A stretch of DNA of 64,000 nucleotides from Mustelus asterias (Eukaryota). The stretch lies in contig NC_135803.1 of assembly GCF_964213995.1 (NCBI RefSeq), positions 141,050,001 to 141,114,000 of the forward strand, in the 5' to 3' direction. Below are positions 23,101 to 38,100 of the stretch, piece after piece. Position 1 is the first letter of the stretch. Every line of letters begins with the position of its first letter. The notes under the pieces are model-generated. The model had not been told where the DNA came from and ran no database searches. It was given only the letters and a program-made list of their open reading frames with translations. The position numbers and the translations under genes were made by a program.

Positions 23101-26100
23101 CAACTGGACTTGTCTCCATTCTTGAATATTGTCCCCGAGATCCCCCCCTCCTTTTCCCAAATAGTGGACATGAGGTTTTGCAGTGTGCTGGGAGTGAATC
23201 TCTGTCATGCTTCACCCTATGGGTTGTGAATCTTTGGAATTCTTTACCTCAGAGGACTGTTGGATCTATTCAAGACTGAGACTGATAGATTGTTTGACTA
23301 TTGGAATTAAGGGAAATCTAGAGTCACAAGCAGGGTCAGACCAAATAAGGTAAGGATGGCACATTAGTGAACCAAATGAGTTTTTACGACAATCAAAAAT
23401 AGCTTAACGGTCATCATTAGACATTTAATTCCGGATGTTTATGGAGGTCAAATTTCACCATCTGCTGTGGTGGGATTCAAACCCGGTTCTCTGGATTACT
23501 AATCCAGTGACAATACCACTACACCACTGCCTCCCCCAAAGGGTACTTCTAGTTTGATTCCCAAACTACAAATATCATCTTAAAACAAGAAGAACAAAAG
23601 ATTTAAATACTCACACATCTTTGTAGTCCCCTTCTGATTTGTCAGTTGAGCTGGTTGAAGAGCTACACTCGTCATCATCCGAAAGGCGATGGGATGACTC
23701 ATTTATGCTCTGGCAAAATAAGGATGAAATATATTAATCCAAAATGTGCAACAAAATGTATCTTTTTGTACATTCTTCCTGCAGTCAATGTATTTTAGGG
23801 GGTGTGATTTTTAAAAACTTGAGTTTGTATGGTGCCTACTATTCAGTGAGATATGATAGCATGCAATTATATAGGGCTCTTTTTCAACGCATTCTACAAA
23901 ATTAAAAGCACCAAATAATACCTTGTTACAATCATCCAGATTTCTTCTTATGGCTTGAGAAAATACTTGAAGTAAACAATAATGTCTCTTTTAAATACAA
24001 CAGAAAGCATATATTAATTACTCTTATTTTTTTTATTCATTTGTGGGACTTGGGTACCGCTGGCTGGCCAGCATTTATTACCCATCCGTTGTTGTCATCG
24101 AGAAGGTGGTGCTGAGCTGCCTTCTTGGATTGCTGCAGTCCACGTGAAACATAGAAACATAGAAACCCTACAGTGCAGAAGGAGGCCATTCGGCCCATCG
24201 AGTCTGCACCGACCACAATCCCAACCAGGCCCTACCCCCACATATTTTACCCGCTAATCCCTCTAACCTACGCATCCCAGGACTCTAAGGGACAATTTTT
24301 AACCTGGCCAATCAACCTAACCCGCACATCTTTGGACTGTGGGAGGAAACCAGAGCACCCGGAGGAAACCCACGCAGACACGAGGAGAATGTGCAAACTC
24401 CACACAGACAGTGACCCGAGCCGGGAATCGAACCCGGGACCCTGGAGCTGTGAAGCAGCAGTGCCAACCACTGTGCTACCGTGCCGCCCTAGTCGTGGAG
24501 GGAGATATTGTGCTATGTTATCTTATTTGCATGAATACGTACAATTGTCACAAGGTGAAATATTATAGTAAAATATTACACTATTCAGTTGTAGTCTTTA
24601 ACATTTTATACTAGCTGATTCAGAAGTATTCCTCAGAGGTAATCTGGGTTCTGACAATTGTGATGATCAATTTAGCATGATCTCATTTTGAGCCAGAGAA
24701 AGGTGGAACTGAGAGCACAATGGGCAGTGCAGACAGGTAAGGAGTGGATCACACTGGAGAGGGAGGGAAAGAGAGAAGAGCACGGCAGAACACAGCAATT
24801 GGCAGCGAAATGGAGTTCAGCGGCTGTTAGCAAGGGCACAGAATCAAACTATTGAATTTTGAAAAAAATAAGGGGCTTAACTATTTTTAGAATGAGGAAC
24901 AGTTCAAACTGTAATGGCAGCTGTTCTGAGAAATAGTTTTCCTTGCATCTGTTTTCTGGTCAGAATGCTACATGGGAAAATATGTTTTGTTTGTCCAATC
25001 AAAGTTCTGAATTTTGGATTTATCTTTGAAACACCAGAATTTTTGTGTTATGAATAACATGGTTACTCCTGGAGAAAACCATGACTTCCAGTCTGTGAGC
25101 CCACATCACATTATTAAACTGAGGAAATTGAGGGAGTCTTGGGCATATTCTGGGATTTTAGTTACAGATACAGTGACACATGCAGTGATGCTGAAGGATT
25201 GTGAGACTATTTTTTGGTTGAGTTTCTTTTTTCCAAAATGGAGGAACACGTTCCAAATGAAAAGTCAAGCGCAAAAATGTCAAGAATGCAAAATACCTCC
25301 TTTAGGGGTATTTTTAATGGATGCTGACGGGATCTAAGTAATTTTTGTGCTTATGTTGCGTATTTTAATTAAGTACTAATTATATTACGATGTCAGTGTC
25401 TTTTGGTTACTTTCAAGATTTTTCCAAAAAATATTCTGAAAGCCTTTATTGGCTGCCCATCCTCTTTCCTGCTCGCTAATATTTTGTATCTGGTTGCTAA
25501 CTGATCATTTTTGATCGGTTGATACTTCAGCTCCTTGGTTTTTCTTAATTGGTAATTTTCATTCTAACGTTCACTAGTAGGTTCCTACCTATTCAGTTAT
25601 GATTTCTTGTTTAATGAATGTTATCTATTACAATCAAGTGTAGCATATATTAAGTAATTAAATAGGCCATTTGTTTAATGAACAATTTTATTTTAAAATT
25701 TCAGCAGCAGGAGAGATGGCCGACGTTTCTTTACCTACTGAAAGCAGTGGAAACTCAATAAATATTCATGGATACTCAAAGATAAATTCCTTCATTGTCT
25801 TCCAGTTAGGAGCTTATGTACTGGTGTGCAGGAGGTTTTGGTTTGTGTGACTATTAGAATCTAAATGGTACAGAACACATTAAATTAAAGCATAACATTA
25901 CCTTTCCATGACAGGTAGCAATATCTGATAAAGATTGGCTGACTTTCACCTTTTTGTTCTCTTCAAATGAGTTAGCGTCTAAAGCTCCACAATGTGAGCT
26001 CCTCCTTGAAGTGGAAACTGGTGACGAAATCCACACAATTGGAATTAGTGTAATTTTCTAAGTCAAACATACAGAATGTTACTTTGTATGTGCAATTGAA

Positions 26101-29100
26101 GTGGGGTAAGGTAACACTATCACGTAGAGATACTTGGAATATTGCTAACTACAAATCCAGATATGACCTATGGCGATCCTTCAAAGATGCCAAAAGACAG
26201 TACTGGTCGAAGCTCGAGTCCCAGGCTCGCCACATGGACTCTCACCGATTATGGCAAGGTTTGCAAGACATAACAGGCTACAAGATGAAAGCATGTAGAA
26301 TCACTGACACCAAGCACCCCTCCCCGATGAACTCAATGCATTTTGAGCATGAGATCAGCGAGAGCACGCCCCCCACCCTAGAAGCTTCAGCTGAACCCAT
26401 GAACTAGGTCACCATCGCAAATGTCAGATCAGCCTTCTCGAAAGTCAATCCACGGAAAGCAACTTGCCCAGATGGGGTACCCGGAAGAGCACTCAGATCT
26501 TGCGCGGACCAGCTGGCGGAGTTATTCGCAGACATCTTTAACCTCTCTTTACACCAATCTGAGATCCCTATCTGCTTCAAAAAGATAACCATCATTCCTG
26601 TACCAAAGGAAAACCAGGCAGCGTGTCTAAATGACTATCGTCAGATGGCTCTGACATCCATCATTATGAACTGCTTCAAAAGGTTAGTAATGGCACAAAT
26701 CAATTCCAGTTTCCCAGACTGCCTGAATCCATTACAGTTCATCTATTGCTGCAACAGGCCCACCGCAGATGCTATTTCCCTGGCCCTGCACTCAACTCTG
26801 GAACACCAGAATAACAAAGACACCAATGTCAGACTCCTATTTATTGACTGCAGCTCAGCCTTCAACACCATTATTCCTACAAAATGCATCTCCAAACTCC
26901 GTGGCCTGGGGCTCGGCTCCTCCCTCTGCGACTGGATCCTGGAGTTCCTAACCCACAGACTGCAATCAGTAAGGATAGGCAACAACGCCTGTGCTCCACA
27001 ACATTGTGTCCTCAGCCCCTTATTATACTCCTTGATTGTGTGGCCAAATTCCCCTCCAACTTGATTTTCAAGTTTGCTGACGACACCACCGTAGTGGGTC
27101 GGATCTCAATGACGAGACAGAGTACAGGAAAGAGATAGAGAATCTGGTGAGCTGGTGCAACGACAATAATCTCTCCCTCGATGTCAGCAAAACGAAGGAG
27201 ATAGTCATCGACTTCAGGAAGCATAATGGAGGACATGCCCCTGTCTACATCAATGGTGATGAAGTGGAAATAGTCAAGAGCTTCAAATTTCTAGGTGTCC
27301 AGATCACCAATAACCTGTTCTGGTCCCTTCACGCTGACACTATTATTAAGAAAGCTCACCAACGCCTCTACTTTCTCAGAAGACTAAGGAAATTTGGCAC
27401 GTCTGCTACGACTCTCACCAACTTTTACAGCAGAACCATAGAAAGCATTCTTTCTGGTTGTATCACAGATTGGTATGGCTCCTGCTCTGTCCAAGACCGC
27501 AAGAAACTATAAAGGGTCATGAATGTAGCCCAATCCACCACGCAAACCAGCCTCCCATCCATTGACTCTGTCTACACTTCCCGCTGCCTTGGAAAAGCAG
27601 CCAGCATAATTAAGGACCCCACGCACCCCGGACATACTCCCTTTCACCTTTTTCCATTGGGAAAAAGATACAAACGTCTGAGGTCATGTACCAACGGCTC
27701 AAGAACAGCTTCTTCCCTGCTGCCATCAGACTTTTGAATGGACCTACCTTTGTGTGAAGTTGATTTTTCTCTACACCCTAACTATGATTATAAAACTACA
27801 CTCTGCACCATTTCCTTTCCTTCCCTATGTATGGTATGCTTTGTCTGTATAGTTCGCAAGAAACAATACTTTTCACTGTATACTAACACATCTGACAATA
27901 AATCAAATCAAGTCAAATCAACTGCATACCAGACTGGATTGAAAAATGTTTAGCATAGGTAAGGTGAATGGGCTGAGCAAAATATTACAAAGCAAAGGGG
28001 GTGGTGGCCCTGTAGAAGTCCTATGACGATATCAATCCAGGTGGGAAAACTTTACACCAGTTTTTCATGTAACACAGCTAAAATGGGAGGAGGAAGGAAG
28101 GAGTGTTTTACACAGAGTATTCTCTTATACATTTTCTATCTTACAATGATTCTACTTGGAATTAAACTGCACTGAACAGCCAGTCTGATAGCTCAGGAAT
28201 TCTTTCCAATGAATAGCTGAGACTTGCATATTGGAAAGTCTTGGAATTAATCACCAGTCCATGTAATGGCAGGAGCATTAAAGTTGAGCACTGTAGGAGT
28301 GTTGGAATTGGCTGTGGAGGGCAAAATCAGCAAGAATTTTGACTTCAATTATTGCGCTGCAATTCACCTATGACCTTTATTAAAATTGGGATTGGGCTTG
28401 GTTCCATCAGCCCCTATCAAACAGCTTACTAACAATCACTTTCATGACTGTAATAGCCATATGGGCAAAACACCAGAAGACTTGCGACAACTACTGAATT
28501 GTACCCAACACAGAGTCAGTGCCTCCGCGAGGACAAAAATATGGAAAGGAAATAATCTCCGGGTACCTGAATAAGGGTACTTCTCTTGAGATTGTTTTAA
28601 CCTTCTTCGTTCTCTGGCAGATAATGGACGGTCCTAGGGTAAAACAAAAAAAAATTACATTTTGAGGAATTCTCAAAATGTACTCTAAACAACAATTTTA
28701 ATTCTATAACAAGTCACTACTTTTTCTGTTCACTTGTCGGGTATTATCAAAAATATAAGTATTCAAAAATTATAGCAACAACTTATATTTATATAGCACC
28801 TTTAATGTCCCATAGTGCTTCATTGGAGTGTTATAAAATAAATATGACACTGAGCCACATAAAGATATATTAAAAGTCAGATGAACAAAAGCTTGGTCAG
28901 AGGTAAGTTTAAGGAGTGCCTTAAAGGAAGAAAGTGAAATAGGAATTCCAGAACTTATGGCCTAAGAGCTGAAGACATGGCCATCTATGGTGTAGTAATT
29001 AAAATCAGGAATGCTCAAGAGACCAGAATTAGATAAGTGTAGATATTCCGCAGGGTTATGGGGTTTGAGGAAATTATGGAGATGGAAAGAATCAAGGCCG

Positions 29101-32100
29101 TGGAGGGATTTGAAAACAACAATGAGAATTTCAAAACCAAGATGTTCCTGATGGATCAGTGAGTGCAGGGCAATGAGGGAATGGGACCTTGTGCAAGCTA
29201 AGAAATGTGCAGGAGAGTTTTGGCTGACCTCAAGTTTATGGCAGGTACAATGTGGGAAATCAGCCAGGAGTGCATTGGAATAGTCAAGTCCAGAAGTAAC
29301 AAAGGCAAAAATGGAGTGGGACACCACAAATAGCAGTGCAGATGCAGGAAGGGAACCTGTTGCAAGTGATACTTTGGCTACAATTAGATAACAAAGAATA
29401 GAACCACGTGAGAACAGTCCCAACCAGCTGGATGTCAGTGGAGAGGAGAAGGATGGTGTAGCCAAACATGTCAAAGGCTGCAGACAAGTTGAGAGGGATG
29501 AAGAGGGATAGTTTACCTTTGCCTCAGTGTCATAGGATGTCACTTGTGATTTTAATAAAAAGCCATTTTAGTACTATGGCACAGATGAAATGTGATTGGA
29601 AAGATTGAAATTTGCGGTTTCAGCAAAGATGGGCAACATGTTCAAGGGCTTTGGAAATGTATTTTATGAGGACTTAGATTTATTTGTACAATGGTCCTAT
29701 ACATACATGCACTTGACACCAGTAATTTGGCACCAATTTTCTTTCCCTTTCTGGTAAGCCAATTGTAGACAAGGCTTTTTTTGTTATGTGAAACAGAGGG
29801 CCAGAGACGAGTAGTAAGTGAATGAGGTGAGGGTCACAAGCTATGACCATTTGGTAAATTGCAAAATTAAACAATCTCAACATGAGCCTATGTGGAACAT
29901 TTGTATAATATTTGATTTTGATTTGATTTGAAGATACAGAAGTCTGAGGTCACGTACCAACTGACTCGAGAACAGCTTCTTCCCTGCTGCTGTCAGACTT
30001 TTGAATGGACCTATCTTGCATTAAGTTGATCTTTCTCTACACCCTAGCTATGACTGTAACACTACATTCTGCACTCTCTCGTTTCCTTCTCTATGAATGG
30101 TATGTGTTGTTTGTATAGTGCGCAAGAAACAATCCTTTTCACTGTATGTGAAAATGTGACAATATGTGACAACATGTGACAATAATAAATCAAATCAAAT
30201 CAAAATCAAAACGTTCTGAGGAGAGACAGTTAAGCCTGTAAGTAAAATAAATCAATAGTGTCATTGCTTTATTTGTTCACTATTTAATAAAACAGAAAAG
30301 GTTGGAAAAGCGTTTAGCAAGTCAGGGAGCATTTGTGGAGAGTGAGACAGAGTTAATGTTTCAGATTGATGACCTCATCAGAACTGGAGCAAGTTAGAGA
30401 TGTATCAGGTTTTATATAAGTACAAGGCATAGAAAAGGTGGGGGGGGGGGGGGGGGGGGGGGACGGACACAGAAAGGCAAGGGCTGTGAAAGTGTGGGAG
30501 TCAAAACAGATTAAATGACAAAAGGGATGATGGCACAAGGAGAGAAGGTGTTATGCTAGAGGAGGTGCAAATGAGATTAATGGCATCATTATCACCAACA
30601 GCTGCCTTCTGGAAGATTGGGGACAGAGATTATGACGTGAAATCAGTGAAATAAATGTTGAGTCTGAAAGGTTGTAAAGAGCTGCTGAGTATTTACAGCA
30701 CTTCCTGTTTCAATTTTATATCTCCATCCGCAGTATTTTGCTTTTGTTTTACTGTTTAATAAATCTGTTTGGAAATTTGAAATTTGAGCTATGTTCTAGT
30801 GCAGTGCTTTTCAAAGTGGGTGTTGTGATCCACGGGTCGGTCGTGGGATGTTGAAAAATGGGTCGCCAAAAATGATCCCCAAAGATTGCCTGACGTTTAT
30901 TCCATTTTCTCTCTGGGTAAATTCTCACTGCAGTACAGTGTATGACCACATGAGGTCACACAAAAATAAACATACACATGCACTTGACACCAGTAATTTG
31001 GCAGTAATTTTCGTTCCCTTTCTAGTAAGCCAATTGTAGACAAGGCTTGTTTTGTCATGTGAAACAGAGGGCCAGACACAAGTAGTAAGTGAATGAGACA
31101 AGAGTCACAAGCAATGACCATTTGGTAAAAATGGGTCACTGAAAAAAAAGTTCGAAACACACTGGTCTGGTGAAACATTGATTCTATTGCTTTCTGGAGT
31201 TAAGTTTCAGTGCCACCATGTAACTTCAATAATATGCAAAAATACAGGAACAAGGATTTTGATTCCAAGTTGCTGTGCTCGCTACAAATTATAAAGCTTA
31301 TTTATTTATTAGTCACATGTAGGCATACATTAACAATGCAATGAAGTTACTGTGAAAATCCCCTAGTCGCCACATTCTGGCACCTGTTCGGGTACACTGA
31401 GGAAAAATTTAGCATAGCCAATCCACCTAACCAGCACATCTTTCGAGTGTAAGAGGAAACTGGAGCACCTGGAGGAAACCCACGCAGACACACGGAGAAC
31501 ATGCAAACTCCACACAGAGAGTGACCCAAGCTGGGAATCGAACCTGGGTCCCTGGCGCTGTGAGGCAGCAGTGCTAGCCACTGTGCCACCGTGCTGCCCC
31601 TCTCGATACTGAGCAGGCTTCAAATCACAGCAAAGGGTTCATCCACCTGCAGGAGTGGTTGGAGATCCTGAACCCAAAAAGATATCAGGTAAAAAAAATT
31701 CAAAACATATTTCCCTGTACCAAATTTTATAAACAGTTAATATACAGTGTGCAAACAATTACCATAAGCACGTTGTAAGGATCAGGTAGTCGTAGAGAAG
31801 ACATATGTCAATTCATTATAATTTATTTTCTTAAAAACAATGGGAGCTCAAAGTCACACATGGTCCTATGCAACGCATGACGAGATTCCCTATACTCCTG
31901 ACCTAACTTGCTGCACTCTTCCTCTGAATGTTAAGTTTGATAGCTCAGAACCATGAACAATCATACTGAGGCTGAGTGAGATCTGGCACAAATTGCATGG
32001 TAATAGCAGAATTCTTTGTTGGTGGGGGCTGGGGTAGGGTGGGGTGGGGGGAAACAATATTAATGCTAAAATCTTGTAGTGTGCTACAGGAAGAGAATCC

Positions 32101-35100
32101 TCATTGTACAAACCTGTGAGGCTCCGATTTCATTATCCTTGGAGTTGCCCACTGATGAGGGGATTCCACTGACTATTTTTTCGGGATTATTCTGCAGCTT
32201 CTTTATGTGAACTTTGGGTTCATTATGTGGTGGAGAAGGCAACTGTCTAGGAGCTGATGTTTTTACCTGTAAAAGTAAAAACCTTGTTTAAAATTGAATA
32301 CGAGTTTCTAAACCTGCTTAAAACAACACACTGATTTTAGGAATGAGAAGAGTATACTTTTTTAAATTCATTCACAGGATGTGAGCATTGCTGGCTGGGC
32401 CAACGTTTGTTGCCAATTCTTAATTGTCTTTAATAATATATATATATATATAATAAACAACATGCTTCCAATTGGAGAATAATGGGTTTCTCAGACAACA
32501 TGGAACACAGGTTTGTTTGTACTGTAAAGAAATAAAATTATAATATAACTGATATGATTCAGCACAGACATCTGTTTTGAGGTAAGCAAATTAGATATTT
32601 TGTTAAATATACAAATTCATTTCCTTACCTTCTCAATCTTCCTCACAAATTCATTATTCTTCTGTCTGCACTGCCGTGAGATTGAGGGCTCAGATGTAGA
32701 ACAATGTGGCAGGTAAGACATAGGACTTTTTTCTTCAGGTTGCTTTGTGACATTCTCTGGAGGCTCTTCCTAAATTGAAAAGGATGATGCTGACCGTTCA
32801 CTAGATGTAACACTGAGTAGTTATAATACAATAAAATATAATTGCAAATGTAGCTGTTAACACTGTTACAATCTAATTGGTTGTGCCTGATATGAAAGAA
32901 TTGGGCTGAGTGGCTTATTTTTGAGCTGTGCTTTCCAAATAATATCCTCTATCTAAATGTACAACTTATCTGGTGGATAAATTGTAAATTTAGATAGAGG
33001 ATATTACTTACCCTGCTGGTGTAAACTTTGCGTGCTTGAAACCCTATTTTTTTTATCAGAAACAAATACTACAGGATACTTACAGCTATTTCAACTGGTA
33101 CAAATGGTTGCAGCAATTTTTCTGTAGAGTCAAAACTCTCCTGTCAAAACAACAAAAATACCAATGAAATCTCTCCTATTTTCGTTTGATAGCTGCCATA
33201 GCTTCAGCTTCTTAAATGTCCACACATCATTTTCACATTGTTCAACTCACTCAATGATTTTTTAGTGTGCAGACAGTCTCATAAAATCTATTTGAAACCA
33301 TATTTAGATTGCCAAATTAATTTTTCTAGGAAACTGATGCATTTATTAGAGATTACTTCAATGTGAATTGTCAAGCAGTACTGCACTGACATTAGGGACG
33401 GCAGTTTCTCATCTTTTGGCTACTTGCCAACTCAGGTGGGAAAAGCAGTGTGTAGCTGACTGGCTCCACTGCCGTCTTTTCCTGCCATATTTTTTGACAC
33501 AATCAAAAAAAATCCTGGAGGCAGGTCCCACAAAGTCACGCTGGCAATCTGGAGCCCGCCCCACCAGCAACCTCGGCTTTTCTAAATAAATAAAAATCAA
33601 AAAAGGATCCCCCCCCACAGACACCAGAAACCTCACCCCACATACCTCCCGGATCTGACCCTTTCCCCCCCCCCCCCCCGAGGGGCTGTACTTTCCTGTC
33701 TGCCCTTGGTGTTGATTGTTTGTCAGGTCCCATTGGTCCAGACTTGTTGTAAATGCTGCTGACAGGATGTAGATTGCCAACGTGGGGAGATAAGAGAGCG
33801 GGGAAGCCCATAAATGACATGTCAAAGTATGCTAATGGGGTTCCAACTCTTCATGGCGGGAACCCTATTACATAATTGGTGGGGACAATCGAGGAGGGAG
33901 ATCCTGCCAGAGTAAAAGCCGTTTTGGGATTCCCCTTCAATTCTCTGCCCGAAAACGGCGGCAGAAAATCCCGGCCTAGGATTTTGTTTCCCCACTGAGT
34001 ATAGTATTCATTAATTAATAAGTCATTCTCTCTTTAAAATCAAAAGAAAACTAACCTGTCAATTGTCTCTAGTAAACTGTTCAGCAGCTAAAATAGGTCC
34101 AAGTTCTTTTACATATTCAAATCCATAGTTATTAGCAAATATTTGCTGCTTTAGCTGAGATTTTTATTCTTATTATTAATACATTTTGGTGTCATATATT
34201 TAATCAAATGTATTAGCTTAAGGATTTGTAGAAACAAAAAAACACAGAATACAAGTGTAAATCTTGTTGATAAATTGCATGCAGAGGCAAACACACAGGG
34301 TAGAATTTAATACCCTCCAACTCAGAGGCAAGTTCCAAGGTGGATTGGGGCCTATGATCAGACAGGAGGGTGTGGGGTGGGGATTCTCTTTCATTTCCAC
34401 CTAACCACCTCCCCTGCCTGATTTAGGTCTGGGCGGGAAGGCTTGTGGGTGGGCTTCCCCCTCCAAATGGTAATGGAGGCCCTTAAATGGACAATTAATG
34501 CCACTTAGGGCCTCCCCCTGCCATTGTGGGTATTCAACAAGTGATGGGCAGGAAGGATTTGCCATGCAGGCGAAAAAAACACTGGAGGTAGGGGGTGGGG
34601 AGAGTTGTTCCTCATTCAAGGGCACTCAATATCTGATTGAGGGACCTAGCATCAAAATGGAGGGATGTCCGTGGAGACACACTCCTATCGCCCTCATTGA
34701 TGACCCGCTCCCTAAGACCTCCATCCAGCCATCACGTACCTTTCTCCAGGAATCCCACGATGAACCCTGGTAAAGGCCCAAATGTATTACCAGCAGCAAT
34801 CGTTCCCAGTTTGTGGGGGGTTTCCTGTAATTAAATGTCCCCTGTGGAACCAGGAGCTCCAGCAAGTTTTCACATGACCAGTTAGGGACTAATTCCCTTG
34901 GGAATTCCAGAAAACGAGTTGTCAGGAATGCCATCAGTTTTGATGGTAGATTTTGGCACTCCCCAAATGCCTCGCATCCACTTAACTTCCACCAACAACT
35001 GCATCAACAACGTAAATGGCTGTGAGCATTCTGAAATGTAACTACTTCCTACCTGTACCTCAAGTGACTGCACTTCCTTAAAGACAGGCTGAAGCAGTAC

Positions 35101-38100
35101 TAAGGTGTCATCCTTTCCATCAGAGAGTTTACCCAAGATCTGGTTAGAGTTTTCAGCTTTTCCTTTCGGAATTGCACCATTGTGTAGTCCAGTGTTGTCA
35201 GTCTGAGCATTGCTGGCAAGTATTTTGGCTTCTGCATTAAGACAGTCTCTTGATCTGGGTAAAGGTTCATTCCCCATTATACTGTCAGAATTAGAGTTCC
35301 TTCTTTCAGCTCCATGCGTTAAATCAATGTCCACCTTGCTGATTGTAGCTACTGAGTTTGTTGTGTTGTTCAAAGCCTGGTTAGAGACATTTGAACACTG
35401 TTCTTTTTCCTGATTACTACAGATCACATCACTTGGCTTGCTCTCCTGACATGCCTTTTCTTCCTTCTAGAATATGAAGACAAATATTTTTCTTCAAAAT
35501 TACACAACCTTAAATTTAGTTTTCTGGATGCTTTATCATTTACACAGATCCTTAGTCTCAGATATAGTGCACAAGTTAATTATTTTCACTTCTTAATTGT
35601 TTTTCATTCTCAATGTGGATTTTTATTTCCTGTCCTAGTTTCCATCGAGGTGTTGGATGAATGCATACATAGAAACATACACAGAAAATAGAAGCAGAAG
35701 TAGCCCATCCGGCCCTTTGAGCTGGTTCCACCGTTCATTTTGATCATCAAATTCAATATCCTGATCCCGCTTTTCTCCCATATCGCTTGATCCCTTTAGC
35801 CCCAAGAGCTATATTTAATACCTTCCTGAAATCACACAACATTTTGGCCTCAAATACTTTCTGTGGTAGTGAATTCCACAGATTCACCACTCTCTGGGTG
35901 AAGAAATTTCTCCTCACCTTAGTCCTAAAAGTTTTACCCCTTATCCTCAACTATGACCCCTAGTTATGGACTCTCCCCACCATTCGGAACATTCTTTCTG
36001 AATCTACCCTGCCTAAGCCTGTTAGTGCGAGGGGATCTCATAGTTTCTATCAGATCTCCTCGCACTCTTCTAAAGTCCAATGAATATAACCCTAACCAAT
36101 TTAGTCTCTCCTCATATGACAGACCTGTTATCCCAGGAATCAGCCTCGTAAATCTTTGCTGCACTCCCTCTATAGCAAGAACATCCTTCCTTAGATAAGG
36201 ACACCAAAACTGCACACAATATTCCAGGTGTGGCCTCACCAATGCCCTATACAATTGCAGCAAAACTTCCCATTTGTCTTCATTACTGCCTGCTGTACCT
36301 GCGCGCTTACTTTCAGTGACTGAAGCACAAGGACACCAATGTCTCGCTGAGTACCTCTCTCAATTTACATCCATTCAAATAATAATCTGCCTTCCTATTT
36401 TTGCTACCAAAGCAAAATAACCCTCAGAAGGCTTTTGACAAGGTCTCACAGTTATCACATTTATCCACATTGTACTGCATCTGCCATGTATATGCCCACT
36501 CACTCAGTCTGTCCAAATCACGCTGAAGCATCTCTGCATCCTCCTCACAGCTAACCCTCCCACCCAACTTTGTATCATCTACAAATTTGGAGATAATCCA
36601 TTTAGTGCCCTAGTCCAAATCATTAATATATAATTTGAACAGTTGGGGTCCTAGCACAGATCCCTGCAGTACCTCACTAGTCACTGCCTGCTAATCGGAC
36701 AAAGACCCACTTATTCCAACTCTTTGCTTCCTGTCTGCTAACTACCTTTCTATTCATTTCAAGACACTAACCGCAATCCCATGTGCTTTAACTTTACATA
36801 GTAATCTGTTCCGTGAGACCACAGTGGCACAGTGGTTAGCACTGCTGCCTCACAGCGCCAGGGACCCGAGTTCGATTCCCGGCTTGGGTCACTGTCTGTG
36901 CGGAGTTTGCATGTTCTCCCCGTATCTGCGTAGGTTTCCTCCCACAGTCCGAAAGACGTGTTGGTTAGGTGGATTGACCCAAACAGGCGCCGGAATGTGG
37001 CGACAAGGGAAATTTCACAGTAACTTAATTGCAGTGTTAATGTAAGCCTTACTTTTGACTAATAAATAAACTTTGTCGAAAGCTTTCTGAAAGTCAAAAT
37101 AAACCACATCCACTGGTTCTCCCTGGTCAAATCTACCAGTTACATAAGAACATAAGAACTGGGAGCAGGAGTAGGCCATCTGGCCCCTTGAGCCTGCTCT
37201 GCCATTCAATAAGATCATGGCTGATCTTTTCGTGGACTCAGCTCCACTTACCCGCCCGCTCACCATAACCCTTAATTCCTTTACTGTTCAAAAATGTATC
37301 TATCCTTGCCTTAAAAACATTCAATGAGATAGCCTCAACTGCTTTACTGGGCAGGGAATGCCACAGATTCACAACCCTTTGTGTGAAGAAGTTCCTCTTC
37401 AACTCCTAAATCTGCTTTCCCTTATTTTGAGGCCATGCCCCCTAGTTCTAGTTTCACCTGCCAGTGGAAACAACTTCCCTGCTTTTATCTTATCTATTCC
37501 CTTCATAATCTTATATGTTTCTATAAGATCTCCCCTCATTCTTCTGAATTCCAATAAGTATAGCCCCAGTCTACTCAGTCTCCCCTCATAAGCCAACTCT
37601 CTCAACTCCGGAATCAATCCAGTGGATCTCCTTTGCACCTCCTCCAGTGCCAGTATATCCTTTCTGAAGTAAGGAGACGAAAACTATACAGTACTCCAGG
37701 TGTGGCCTCATCAGCACCTTATACAGCTGCAACATAATCTTGCTGTTTTTAAACTCCATCCCTCTAGCAATGAAGGACAAAATTCCATTTGCCTTCTTAA
37801 TTACCTGCTGCACCTGCAAACCAACTCCTTGTGATTCTTGCACAAGGACACCCAGGTCCCTCTGCACAGCCACATGCTGCAATTTTTTACCATTTAAATA
37901 ATACTCCATTTTGCTGTTATTCCAACCAAAATGGATGACCTCACATTTACCAAGATTGTACTCCATCTGCCAGACCCTCGCCCACTCACTTAGACTATCT
38001 ATAACTCTTTGCAGACTTTCAGCGTCCTCTGCACACTTTGCTCTGCCACTCATCTTAGTGTAATCTGCGAATTTTGACACACTACACTTGGTCCCCAACT

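Noticed and set aside
24400-24489. tRNA-like sequence with A/B boxes
   Set aside because: SINE head, repeated many times, with no complete cloverleaf.
34056-34154. Possible extra NEK4 exon
   Set aside because: Weak acceptor, in-frame stop, and the 32-nt version breaks the frame.
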